Part shown: positions 19,044 to 37,238 of the stretch, one piece after another
How positions within the stretch are numbered: position 1 is the first letter of the stretch
Layout: every line of letters starts with the position of its first letter
Source of the DNA: the human T2T-CHM13v2.0 reference genome, Homo sapiens
NCBI RefSeq assembly: GCF_009914755.1
Contig: NC_060941.1
Strand: one strand, 5' to 3'
DNA: 64,000 nt
Made by a program: the position numbers and the translations under genes
The notes under the pieces: generated by a model
Databases searched by the model: none
What the model was told of the DNA's origin: nothing
What the model saw: only the letters and a program-made list of their open reading frames with translations

Positions 19044-19834
19044 CTGGAAAAACAAAAAAAAACCAAAAATAAAAACAGAAAATGGCTTCTCTTGGCTCCA
19101 ACTCTGCAGGAGGAAGGGAAAAACTAGTTCTTGGCAAAATCTGAAGGATGGGTAAGCCCTGGCTGCAGCAGGCAGGCCCACTTCTGGCCAGTTCCTCTGG
19201 CAGTGTGTGCAGATCGAATGGAGGAGAAAAATAAACACCAAATGCCACAGGGGGACCAGCAAAGATGGTCAGACTGTCGCCAGCCTCACCATAGCTGCTG
19301 CTTCTCATCCTCTGTCCTCTCTGCTGGGGAAAAAAAAAAAATCCAAGTTACCAAAATCCATGGTTTAGGGTGAGACTTCTGGCAAGAAACTGAGAAGTAA
19401 AAATGCTGGAGAAGACTGCCATTGGGGAAAATTTCATTTTAACTTAAAAAAATACTTTGCAGCCTTATAAACATCTGTGCTCCATATGAGGTTGATGCAG
19501 AGACACATTTATGGCTTTCTTGCTGCATAAGCTGCAATATAACTCCCTGGGGGCTGGGGGTTCTCTGCTTTGTGAGGTGTTGGAAAGGCTCTGTCTCTCT
19601 GCTCCTGAGCGGTCTCTATCCCTATTGTCCTTGTGACATGCACTGACAATGAAAGAGTACTCAGTTATTAACAGGAGTTTGGACCAAAAAGAAGGGACCC
19701 AGGAAGCCTAAAAGGCCACAAATGTAGAGGAGGAGGCCAGCTAAGGGTTTACTGAAAGGTCCACAGTCATATCAGCCTCAACACGAAAATGAAGCTGGTC
19801 TCAGACATTCCCCTTTCAGACTTGCAGGAAGTAC

Positions 19835-19962
19835 CTGCAAGAAGGTAATCTGGTTCTGAATGAAGCCGTGCGCTGACAAGTCCATCTTGACCTGTTGAGC
19901 CATGGCGGCCCAGTGCTGGCTCACAGAGGCGCACTTGTTCAGGGTGTGTCTATCCAGCATTC
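19835..19962 (-). CDS. FBXW10B: FBXW10B/CDRT1 exon 4 (RMLDRHTLNKCASVSQHW...ITFLQ; rest of F-box)
   Basis: T12-ccAG acceptor, CAG|GTACTT donor, 128 nt; cumulative CDS 999 nt. Confidence 0.92.
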
Positions 19963-20052
19963 CTGGAAAAAAAAAAAAGATGGACCCAGAAACCCCAGAA
20001 CTGGGCCAAGAGGGGAGGTGTCTGGGAAATCCCCTCATACACCCCAGCATAC

Positions 20053-20253
20053 TTAGAATGTACTTGGAGAGGTGGATGGGCAGGTAACGGATGAAGTCTC
20101 GGTATTTGCTGAACCCAGAAGACAGGTCTCTGATGTCATCCAGGTCAACCAATAGATTGCAGGGATCGTACCCTGGCTTGGTTATGTCTGCTTTTCCAGA
20201 AAACAGCCTATTCATTTCGGATATACACCGGAGTGAATTCCTCCATGGTTCCT
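20053..20253 (-). CDS. FBXW10B: FBXW10B/CDRT1 exon 3 (EEPWRNSL...DFIRYLPIHLSKYIL; start of F-box)
   Basis: ttcactctAG acceptor, TAA|GTATGC donor, 201 nt, phase 1-1. Confidence 0.92.
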
Positions 20254-20417
20254 CTAGAGTGAAGCCGGAGAAAGGTACGTGGTTGAGTTGGCTCTGTAGA
20301 AACTCCAGGCCGAGAACAAGTCCCCACCAAAAGCTCTCCCACAAAATAAACCTCCTCAGACTCTAACCTTAGGCCACTAGATTTTTGTCATCTCTTCTGC
20401 CACTTGAGAATAGAATC

Positions 20418-20713
<296 letters not shown>

Positions 20714-21541
20714 GAGAATAGAATCTTTTGACCCAAATATACATGTGCTTTTCAGCTTTTTCAGCCCAAGGAGAAGTCTAGAGTATCAGAGTCTGAAATG
20801 ATATTGTGCCTGGAATTTTCTTAAAAATACTCCAACAAGAAAAAATTTTAAACAACTTAAGAAAGGGGGGAAAATGAATGGAATAAAATTGGTAAAGTGT
20901 TGATAATTGTTGAAGCCAGTGCTATGTGGGTGGGTGGTTATCATACTGTTCTACATACTTTTGAAATTTGAAATTTTCCATATAAAAGTGTTTTAGAATC
21001 TATGCCTTGTATTTCCTACGATATTGTGTTTCCGATGATATTTCATGTATATGTCTTGCTTCAGTTCCCAACTTAGGAGTGCCTTGAGGTGGGGAACCAA
21101 ATTCCCCATTAGTTTTGTTCCCTCCTCAAGACTGAATCCAATACTGCAAAAATAGCCATTGGTGGGTTTAATTCTAGAGCTGGCCACCATGCCAGAGCCC
21201 AGGGACTAGATGATGGATTGTGGCCCAGAGCAGAGAAAGACTCCAAAGGAAATCATTGATAGTTTCCTTTCTGATCTCTATTTTCAGATGTGTCTTGTGG
21301 GCACTGCAGCGGAGAGGTGCAAATATGGGTTTGGGGGCCATATTGATCAATTTAATCCTTGCTCCTCCCCTTACCAGCTGTGAGAATTAGATGGGAAAGT
21401 AATGTCAAAGAGCCCAGCACATTGTAGATGCTAAATGAATGTGAGTTCCTCAAATCTGCCATCCCCAGATGCTATCACCCTGCCAGCCCCTCCAGTTCCA
21501 CTGGGTCTTCCCAATCTCACATTGGTTGCATATTGGCTTTC

Positions 21542-21834
21542 TTTTTTTTTTTTTTTTTTTTTGAGACAGTCTCGCTCTGTTGCCCAGGCTGGAGTGCAGT
21601 GGCATGATCTCGGCTCACTGCAAGCTCTGCCTCCCGGCTTCACGCCCTTCTGCTGCCTCAGTAGCTGGGACTACAGGTGCCTGCCACTGCGCCCGGCTAA
21701 TTTTTTTGTATTTTTAGTAGAGACGGGGTTTCACCATGTTAGCCAGGATGGTCTCGATCTCCTGACCTCATGATCTGCTTGCCTCGGCCTCCCAAAGTGC
21801 TGGGATTACAGGCGTGAGCCACCGCACCTAGCCC
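21542..21834 (-). mobile_element. AluY
   Basis: TSD catattggctttctt. Confidence 0.9.
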
Positions 21835-21865
21835 ATATTGGCTTTCTTGCTGAAAGTTCACTTAC

Positions 21866-22030
21866 CAGGGTTAGATGCTGCCCCAAGGAAGTGTTCATTT
21901 TCTGGGGCTTTGGACAAAGGAAGGGATGTGTGCTGAGTTTTGGCTGTCCAATAGACTTGTGAGGTCGCAGACTTGGAGCTGTGGTCTTTCTCAGGGGAAA
22001 AACACACATCTGTGATGTCTTGATTGAGCC
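21866..22030 (-). CDS. FBXW10B: FBXW10B/CDRT1 exon 2 (GLNQDITDVCFSPEK...GAASNP)
   Basis: tgtgtttcAG acceptor, CTG|GTAAGT donor, 165 nt, phase 1-1. Confidence 0.93.
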
Positions 22031-22383
22031 CTGAAACACAGAAGACCAAGACAAGGTTGCTCTTGAAGTGGGTGTGTTGAGGAAAATGAGGTGGAGAGAA
22101 ACTTTTTCATTTTTTCTTCCTTCTTTTAAAGATGTACAGAATGGACCAGAGCAGTTATGTCTGTTTTTATTTGGGGCCTCCAAACTTCTATGCAAAAATC
22201 TCAGAAAGCTTCCTGTTAGCTTTTCAGCACGCCCCCATTGTAAAATGTCTCGAGTTGTTTATACAAGCAGAGAGAGAGAGTCGAGGTCAGGAACTGCAAC
22301 AGGGAATGCTCTTCGGAAGCTCAAGCTGAATTTTCTTCAATGATAGAAATAACCACCCTCGAGTCAAAATAGAACATTTAACT

Positions 22384-23057
<674 letters not shown>

Positions 23058-23691
23058 AGAAGGTTGCCACAACCTGTAATAGGACTTAACACAACTCCAG
23101 TGTAAATAGCCCATTCCTATGGTGAATGGGATGAAGTTTTGGAAGAGCACTGCGGAGCATTGCATCTGTGTGTACAAGCCAGGCCTTCTGCTGCTGGCAG
23201 CACTCACTCCAGAGTGGAAGGGGCCCAGGAGGGGATCGTGGTTTTCAGCCCACGTGGTGGGTGACCTAAGCAAAGTCATTCAGATGCCCTGGACTTTGGT
23301 CTCCTTATGTAAATATTAAGGATATTAAGTCGGTTGATCTCCAATCTAACTTACTGTTTTTGACACCCTAGGATTCACTGTGTCTTCATTCTATATTATC
23401 ATTCTTCCATACCCCTGACACACCAAATAAATCAAGTGACATATATTGTGATCTAATTGTGTCCTAGGCCATCCAGCTTTAAAATTCTTTTGGATTCCAC
23501 TAGTCTACAAATATGACCACCTGTCAGGTCGCACTGGTGACAGGAATTACACACCTTCAAGAGCTAAAACTCCAAAACGCCTCCATGTGACCACCCCCTC
23601 CCAGCTTTCTCCCACCTCTGCTTAAATCTGAGCTTCCCCATGTTGGACCTTCCACTCCTGGACCCCTCCAAGGCTCAATTCTCTTGCCTCC

Positions 23692-24118
23692 TGATACAGT
23701 TTGGATATTTGTCCCCTCCAAATCTCATGTTGAAATGTGACCCCCAATGCTGGAAGTGAGGTTTGATGGGAGGTTTTTGGGTCATGGGGGCAGATTCCTC
23801 ATGAATGGCTTGGTGCCCTTCCCACAGTAATGAGTGAGTTCTCGCTCTATTAATATAGTTCGAGCAAGAGCTGGCTGTTTAAAAGAAACTGACACCCCTC
23901 CCCTTCTCTTGCTACTTCTCTTGCCTCACGATACGTTGATTTCCCTTGCATTCCACCATAAGTGGAAGCTTTCTGAAGCCCTCACCAGAAAGAGATGCTG
24001 GTGCCATGCTTCTGGTACAGTCTTCAGAACTGTGAGCCAAATAAAACTCTTTTCCTTAGAAATTTCCTTATAAATTACTTAGCCTCAGGTATTCCTTTAT
24101 ACCAAGGCAAAACAGACA
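23692..24118 (+). mobile_element. MaLR LTR (MST-like)
   Basis: tgatacagtttggatatttgtcccctccaaatctcatgttgaaatgt...gcctcaggtattcctttata. Confidence 0.8.
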
Positions 24119-24189
24119 CCACCCTTATTGTTTCTTCTGCTTCCCTGAACTATCTGGCCAAACACTTCCAAGATTCTCCAACACCCTAG

Positions 24190-24685
<496 letters not shown>

Positions 24686-25229
24686 CTTATTTGGCCCTTA
24701 AGCTATCTCCAGCCTTGGAGAAACTCTACTTTAAGGTTTCATTTCATGGATAAGCAAGGAGCATGGTAGAGTGAATGAAAAAAAAAAAAAAGCCCTAAGT
24801 TTTGACTTCTTGGTCTGGTTTCTGTGCAGGGCAGCTGAAGAGAAAAACAAAAGCTTCCCCTTTACAACCCTCTCAAGCTCAGTCCAATCCCTAAAGCAGG
24901 AACGACACCAGCATTAAGGGGTCAGGGGCAGGGACCAGCCATTTCTGGGCCTATGAAATGCAGAAATCTATGATAAATGCTTGTGAGTTAAAAGTTGTGT
25001 ACTTCCTCCTGCATTGATCATTTTCAAGAAGGAAGTTACACTCAGTCATTTCTCCTTTGGTAAACAGGATCGGGTGTCAGGACGAGGTGTCAGTTCAAAA
25101 AACCTATGCTGCATTCTGTGCAATCTCTGTCTACCTATGTTGTCTACAACTGCAGTTCCTTACAGATTTCTGAAGCCTTGCCTTCTGGTCTTCGGGGGCC
25201 CTCTAGTCTCTGCCTGTGGCCTTGTTTAC

Positions 25230-25734
25230 CTGAGATATTGTTCTCCTCTCTCAGAAACAGGACTCTGATCACATTGGCAGCAGTGAGCAGTAATTTGGGG
25301 TTGCACATCTGCAGCAGTAAGAGAGTATAATTCGCCTTGGTCCACTGGGTGCTGTTCGCAAACCAATACAAGATCTCTTTCATCTTCTGTTCTACTGTTT
25401 TATCCAACATTTGGTTCAAGGAGGACTTCACAACTTTCCCCTCTTTCTTGCTGAGGTCGATCCGGGACCTGTTATAGATGAAATCCTTTCCCTGTGTGGT
25501 CTGAAGGATATTTTGGAAATAGTGTAACAAATATAAGCTATTTAACTGCTTCAGAATGCCAACTAGAAACCTCCTCTGTGATATGTCATTGATCCTGCAG
25601 AACCACTCTTTGGTAGAGAAGATCTTCCAGGCTAAGACACGCGTCTCACACTTCCGGCATAGAGGGATGGAATCGGTTCCCTTCTCACAACGAAAATAGG
25701 GGGCATTCTTGAGCCTTGATTCCAGGTTTTCCAT
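25230..25734 (-). CDS. FBXW10B: FBXW10B/CDRT1 coding exon 1 (MENLESRLKNAPYFRCEK...EENNIS)
   Basis: Matches recalled FBXW10/CDRT1 N-terminus; donor CAG|GTAAAC; 505 nt, phase 1; position downstream of TRIM16 indicates the CDRT1 (17p12) copy. Confidence 0.93.
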
Positions 25735-26050
25735 GATCCTAAGATAACCAGTTCATTTTAGCCCTGCGCACTTGCAACGGCAACGCCACCAAACACTAGA
25801 GGAACGGGGGGAAATGAATAAATACCCCAGTTGTGCCTTTTCTATTACAAACGTCTCCCAGAGCAAAAGTAAATGGCTGCCATGGATGGAAAGCCTATCT
25901 CTCTCAGTAACTGCCAGCAGAAGTCTGGCTTTTTGTACAGACCTCCTTGGAAACATGGCTTTACCGTAAATCTCCTAAACCTGGCACTGCTTTATGTGGA
26001 GGCAGTTGCTGTATATTCTGAAAGAGCTGGTCATCTCATTTCTAGAACAA
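25735..26050 (-). promoter_or_regulatory. FBXW10B: FBXW10B/CDRT1 5'UTR and proximal promoter with MYB-like and RFX-like motifs
   Basis: Directly upstream of the ATG; CAACGG 25775, TAACTGCC 25908, GGCAGTTG 26001; X-box-like CTTGCAACGGCAAC 25771-25784; no CpG island. Confidence 0.5.
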
Positions 26051-27095
26051 CAAGAATACTGTTAGTCAAATTTAAGTAATATGTGGACTATTACTGGTGT
26101 TGCGCTTTAATTATTGTTGTTATATATGGCTTCTGAATATTCATGAATATAAAATAAGATGCAAACTTCTTATGTTTATATCTGTTCAGTTACAAAGTGG
26201 CTATCCCAATGATGCTAAATATGTTTATATTCATTTTCTTAAGTCATCATCAAAGTAAAACCAGAAATGTTTAATGTAAATTTAAGTTATTTAACTGCTT
26301 CACAATACTAACCAGAAATCTCACTGTAGTCAAAGTGCCCAGGCAAAACATATTGGGCAGCTCACAGAAAGAGTTTCAAAGTCATGCTGAGATAATTCTC
26401 CTACTTCAGGTAAGACTCGGTTCAAACATTGACTCTGGTACTTAGGAGCTATATGGTCTTGAGCAAGCAACCTGTCCTCTCTGAGCCTCAGTGTCTCCAT
26501 CCTAGTTATGAGGATGGAGAAGATAAAGGTGGGTAATAAAAATGATAACTACCTTCTAGGATTGCATTAAATATATGAGATCAGTTGTTGCTGCTATTGT
26601 TACTAAGTATTATTACCCTAGATAAAATCAAAAGGTTTACAATATTGTGTGCCTTTCTAATGCCCATGTTGAAAGATCAGGCACAACCAGAGAAAGGTAA
26701 TGGAGTCCATCGCTGGGGTTTTGTTGGCAATGGCAGTCACATACTAGGGTCAGAATGGGGAATAGGAATCAGGTTAAGAATGAGATCAGTTCTCACAGCT
26801 CAACCTCTTCTGTCTGAAGAGGAATCTGGAGAAAAGGCATGAGTAGATTAATATTTAATTAATCGGGAAGGCCAGACAAAGGAGGGTGGCAAAGAGAAGG
26901 GAGGCCCGAAGCAGACTCTTTGGATCTGTAAGGCGGGCACATTACCCTAAGAAGTGCTGCAAGTTAAAAGTAGCTCTTTTTTTTTTTTCGTAATTAACTT
27001 GTTTATTTATAATTGACAGATTATAAATAGCTTGTTTTTAAAGATTTAAATAAATTAGGATTTTATCTATGAGGCTGACATTCTTCAAGGAAGCA

Positions 27096-29280
<2,185 letters not shown>

Positions 29281-30622
29281 TCAGGTGATCATCAGGGTCA
29301 CTACTTAAGTTATTAATGTGGGGGAAAGGTTTTTCACCTAAAATGACTGACCACTGCTATATTGACCCTTGGTCCTTATGAAATGATCTGTTCTCCCTCC
29401 TTTTCCAGTACTTGGACTACTTCCTTCTGGGAGACAGTGGGATTTTCCCAACAAGACTACAGAGCAAGCCAGAAATAGAGATTAAAAACTAGGCACATTC
29501 CAGCAAGGCAGGGATGGCCAACACTCTACCCGAGCCATGCACAGTCTGTGCCCTGCATGGACATATTGGGGGCATATCAACAGCAGGTTGCCCTGCAAGG
29601 GCCTCCTCCCCAGCTGCCAAGATGTCTAATCACAGGTGCAGAGGGAGGGAGTCGGTGCTGAAATCTGAGGAAGCCAGGAGAAGCAGGAAATACATGCACT
29701 ACCTTTTCTTCCATCTTTCATCTGGGGCTGGAGTGGTGGCCCCTGGAATGGAGGCAGTGGCTGCAGAGATGGGGGGAAACCAGGGAGTAGGTCACTCAAG
29801 GACACAAGACAGAAGCCAGTCCCTAAAGATGGCCTGCGAAAACGCAGCAGCACCCTAGGACACAGAGTGAGAAACCTGTTTTATACATCACCTTGTCTAT
29901 TATTCTCTTGAAGAGCAGATTCCTATTTAGCTCTTCACATATGAACAGTTTTACTTCAGTTTAAATCCCCTTCTTGTGATCAAATGACACAGCTAGTTAG
30001 TTTCTGGGTTACTCTTTCTTAGCGTCTAGCACAGCAGCTTGCACATTATAAGTGCCACGTATATTTAGACTACTTAATTTAGGGACATCATTCCAAAAAC
30101 ATGCTGAGCCAGACTGAGGGGATAAGAGCTCTGTGATTGGGCCAATCCCGTTATGTCATCATTTCATCATGCCTCTTGGGAGAAAGTGGGAATTTACTTA
30201 TAATTCATAAGATACTCAGAAAGGAATGCTATATACACTCAGATTTCAAAAAGTTGAGACAAGAATAAATTATGGACATGGTGGTTAAAATTACATTCTG
30301 ACTCTGCAATTACAAATGGTCTGGTAATGGAGCAGAACCATGTGGCACCAAAGTGAGCTCTTGGTGAATTCAGATTTTTGTTCAGTGTTTTTTTTGTTTT
30401 TTTTTTTTGTAAGTCTACATAATGGAAGAAAAGATAAGGATGGGTGAATACAAAAGAGTGGCATACACACAGCTAAGGAAAATGCCAGAGAATATAAAAT
30501 AAACCCTTGTTCTATTTTTTTTTCTATTTGTTTTAGTCATTTTTCAGTTTTTAGACCAAGAAAAAGAAAAAAGATGTGCCCACTGCTTGAGGCAGTGACA
30601 GAAGGCAAATATGCCCAACTCT

Positions 30623-30944
30623 TTTTTTTTTTGAGACGGAGTCTTGCTCTGTCACCCAGGCTGGAGTGCAGTCGTGCAGTCTCGGCTCACTGCAACCTCT
30701 GCCTCTGGGTTCATGCAATTCTCCTGCCTCAGCCTCCTGAGTAGCTGGGATTACAGGCACACACCACCATGCCCAGCTAATTTTTTTCTATTTTCAGTAG
30801 AGATGGAGTTTCACCATGTTGGTCAGGCTGCTCTCGAACTCCTGACCTGATGATCCGCCCGCCTTGGCCTCCCAAAGTGCTGGGATTACAGGCATGGCCT
30901 CCCAAAGTGCTGGGATTACAGGCATGAGCCACCGCGCCCGGCCC
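30623..30944 (-). mobile_element. Alu with internal 30-bp tandem duplication
   Basis: tggcctcccaaagtgctgggattacaggca twice; TSD caaatatgcccaactct. Confidence 0.9.
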
Positions 30945-31201
30945 AAATATGCCCAACTCTTAATTCTGCTTTGCTCTTTCATATCAAGAAGAAAGGTCTT
31001 GAACTTGAAAGCTAATAGACAAAAAGTTAACAGGAAAATGAAGTTCAAGACAAGTAAAGAGACACCTAAATGGTTCCTTTTATATAAGCTCAAGTATTCT
31101 GGTCTAAGTAAATTACATTTCAGGAATCTGACACAACTTAATGACATGACTGCAAATCAGGTGGGAATCTTTGAGAAACTAGGGAGAATGAGAGAGGACG
31201 G

Positions 31202-31435
31202 TGTCTTAGTCCCATTGTGTTGCTATAAAGGAATACCTGAAGCTGGGTAATTTATGAAGAAAAGAAATTGATTTGTCTCATGGTTATGCAGGCTATACAA
31301 GAAGCATGGTGTCGTCATGGCCATTCATGAGGGATCCAACCCATTATCCAAACACCTCCCACCCAGCTCCACCTCCAACATGGGAGATCAAATTTCTGCA
31401 TAAGATTTGGAGGGGACAAATATCCAAATTGTATC
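31202..31435 (-). mobile_element. MaLR LTR fragment (MST/THE1-like), internally deleted
   Basis: tgtcttagtcc...tgctataaaggaatacctga...gatttggaggggacaaatatccaaa. Confidence 0.7.
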
Positions 31436-31695
31436 GAATGCAGACAGGCATCTCGATTTTTTTAAAAATAAAAATAAGATAGATTCTGGAAACAACAGAC
31501 TGGTAAACATGGTATTAACCCACAGCAGAAATCTAAAGTGGTTTATCAAATATTTTGTGAACATTTAGAAAAGAAAATGACCATGACCAAGCACCAACAA
31601 CCCGCAGGGATTCAATAAAATAAGGCAGTCCAAGCTGATCTCAATTTGTCTTGAGCTCATTATTAGACAGATAGATCAAAGAAGTTCAGACATAG

Positions 31696-32624
<929 letters not shown>

Positions 32625-33320
32625 TCATTTTAAATCCTATACTGTAAACATCCTTAGATACAAATATAGGTAACAAGTCAAGTTATGCTAAAGTAATATA
32701 CTCTTGAGACAGGCCAATCAGACTGATTGGAGAAAAAAAGATTTGCCTTGACAAAGGTCACAGGAACAGACTCAAAATTTATATTTCTGGTGAATCCCAC
32801 CAGAAACTTCAGGTTATAGCTTCAGAAACCCATTTAAAGACAGTTTGCCATTTGCCTAAAGACTTGATGAATGCTGATGATTAATCTTAGGAAGCTTATC
32901 TGTCAAAAGAAGAATGAAATAATCAGGGGGAAAGGACTGAGAACCATAAAGGAAGGTGGAAAATTTCATATGAAAACAAGAACACCTGGGGCGTGGGTAT
33001 TACGTGACAGTTCTTAAAAGAACCATTCTTTGAATGAGAAATCAGACAAGTCCACATATTCCAGGTTACTTTAGAGGAGAGGAGTAGGGCCCCTTTCCAG
33101 AGGTCACAGGGACTAAAACTCAGACACTGTTAAGACATTTCTTCTAATCCTTGCTGTCCCCAAATAGAAAGGACTGCTGTGTGAGGCAGTGAGGCAGTGA
33201 GCTAGTGCAAGGCAGGATGGCTGAGTCAGATGTTGTGTGTGGATTTGCAAACTTCAAGAAGTTTCTCTGCTATGCATTTTATTGCCTTTTATACAATGTC
33301 CATGATCTAATAAGGAAGGT

Positions 33321-34210
<890 letters not shown>

Positions 34211-34309
34211 GATAACTCTGCAATCTTTTCAGCCACTCTTTAAGGTTCCTGGTCATCCATTCTGGGCACAGTGTGACATTTACCTGAACAGAGAGGAGAA
34301 TGGCACTAG

Positions 34310-34732
<423 letters not shown>

Positions 34733-34836
34733 TCAAAAGCCAGCTACCATCAGCAGTTATTTCTGCCCCCAAATCACCCTAAAATGCAAATCCCATCACT
34801 GTAGCTGGCAAAGGTCTGGGATATGGCTCCTGGAGT

Positions 34837-35420
34837 CTAGGGAGCAGTCCCCACCAAGGACGGTGCTGGCTTCTCGGGTTCCTCTCCCAGATCTACAATC
34901 CGGATGGCGTTTTCCTTCTTGGAAAGCCAGAAGGCAGCATAGACTGGTTCTGAAAATTTGCAGGCAAACTTGTGAACCAGAGTCATGGTATCATACTCTA
35001 CGCCATAGAAGGAAAGGATCCCTCCCGGGAAGTCGATATAGACCCCGAGCCTCCGGAAAGGGCCAGCTTTGAGTGGGGTCTCCATGTCACTGTACCAGGC
35101 CGTGAACTCCTTCCCGTTCCATTGGAGGCTCCAGGAGAAGTTGTTTCCGGAAATGCAACTGTTGCGCTCCTCCCCTTTCCGGTCGATGCCTTTGCAGGTC
35201 AGGCCAACATAGGTGCCTGCCCCGAAGATCTCCACCTCAAAATAGTACCTGTGCAGGTACAGACTCTGCTGGGACAGCACCTGCCGCCAGTGCAGGAACC
35301 TGCTGGGGAGGTCCGGGTAGGGATGCTCCCAGGGCGTGGTGTTGGTGACCTTGCGGTTCTCCTCCTGCAGCCGGAGATACTTGTGTGCTGTGTCCGGGTC
35401 AAACGTGATGTCATACGCAT
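34837..35420 (-). CDS. TRIM16: TRIM16 last coding exon (PRY-SPRY/B30.2 domain to TAG stop)
   Basis: gtctcctcAG acceptor; [16 protein letters not shown]...YYFEVE...[17 protein letters not shown]...VGTAP*; the six exons total 1695 nt = 564 aa + stop. Confidence 0.97.
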
Positions 35421-35689
35421 CTGAGGAGACACAGAAGGCAGGAGAGTGGTTCAGGAACTGACAGCTGATTCAGACAGAATGCTTTAAACCCAGCTGGGCT
35501 CCAAAGCACATATGAGAAAACATCCATTTCTCTGTTCTCTATTTACCCAGGCTGCTGTTTCCCTAGGAAATGAGGTGAGTGAAGACCAGAAAACAGAGAG
35601 CACAAATCATCTACTCCCTTCCCTTATGAAGCTCAAGTTGCTTGACATTGATGATATTATTTGATGAACCGAATCAAGAAATATATTAA

Positions 35690-36715
35690 TTTACTCATTC
35701 ATGCATTCATTCATTCATTCAACAAACATGTATTGAATGCCTGGCATTATCCTACCCAGTGTTGGCAAGTGTTTGGGGAAGCAGGTACTCCTATACCCAT
35801 ATTTGATCCATTCATTCATTTTTTAAAATATTTGACCAACATCTTAAAAATGAATGAATGGATCAAATGGAGCATGAAGAACTCTCAAACACGCCCTCAT
35901 ATTCTCCTCCCACTCCCAAAGAATAATAGGGTCTCATGCACCCCATTGCTCAAGTCAAGCTCTATGTCATTTCTGACATTTGTTTTGCCCTCATCCTCTT
36001 CCCCTATCCTCACTACACACACAGGAAGCAGTAACTCCTACGGATTCTACCACTTCTCTCCAGCCCCCTGCTTTACCCCCGACCTAAGCCACCACTCATC
36101 TCACTCAGACTAGTTCAGCGGGTTTCTGACTGGTCGTTCGCTGTTCTCTCTTGCCCCCTTCAAGACCTTCTCCACAACAGAGCCATGCTGCTTGTTTCCA
36201 GCTGTAGGCTGAGGCCAGTCGTGTTATTCTAGCTTAAAACCCTTTCATGGTGTCCCTTGCTCTTATGATAAAGCAGCAACCCCTTGCCCTGGCCTACCAG
36301 GCCCCACGTCCCTGGTCCTTTCCTGTGTCTCTGACTCTCTCCCTTGATTACTACATTTCCACCGTGCTGACCTCAGACCTACTCAACACTCAATCCTCTT
36401 TGAGCCTTTGGTACAGCCTGTTCCCTCCGAGATGTGATCACGCCCTACTCTGAGTCTGGTGAATCCTACCGATCCATTCAGGCTACAACTGAGAGTTCAT
36501 GTCCTCGAAGAGGCCCTTTGTGACTCTAACTCACTCTCTCCCAGAGCACCATGGTGTTTTAAACTTGGCACCCCTCTCCATTTGTAATAATATATATTCA
36601 TGTGAGTGTTTGTTTCCTGCTTGTCCTCCCTCTAATCTATCAGCTTCACATTTTGCATGGGATTCTTCTCTAACTCAGAGAAGATGCTCAGTATATACTT
36701 GCCAAATGAATTAGC
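35690..36715. mobile_element. L2 fragments
   Basis: (attc)n-aacaaacatgtattgaatgcc L2 tail and pyrimidine-rich L2 body. Confidence 0.55.
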
Positions 36716-36761
36716 ATATTAAAGGCTATTAAAACAATCCCATAATTAAAAAAGTTCTCAC

Positions 36762-37043
36762 TGGTGCAGAGGCTTATGCCAACACTTTGGGAAGCTGAGA
36801 TGGGAGAATCACTTGAGGCCAATAGTTTGAGACCAGCCTGGGCAACACAGCAAGGCTCCATCTCTACAATTGTTTAAAAATTTTTTTTTTAATTAGCCAG
36901 ATGTGGTGGCATGCGCCTGTGGTCCCAGCTACTCAGGAGACTGAGGGAGGAGGACTGCTTGAGTGTGGGAGGTCAAGCCTGCAGTGAGCCATGATCAAGC
37001 CACTGTACCCCAGTCTGGGCAACAGAGACCCTGTCTCAAAAAA
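36762..37043 (+). mobile_element. AluJ-like
   Basis: Diverged Alu. Confidence 0.8.
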
Positions 37044-37084
37044 TATACATACATACATATATATATGTCTACATGTATATATAT

Positions 37085-37238
37085 GTAAACATACAAAATA
37101 TGTGTTTAGTGACTGTTTATGTCAATTAACAGAAGGCTATTACTAGTTAAGTTCTTGAGGAATCAAAAGCTACACGTGGATGTTCAACAATACGAGGGAT
37201 TGGTATCCCAACCCCTACATTGTTCAAGGGTCAACTGT
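37085..37238. mobile_element. Tigger2-family (TcMar) terminal fragment
   Basis: Ends ttgttcaagggtcaactg, a Tigger-type terminal inverted repeat. Confidence 0.6.
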
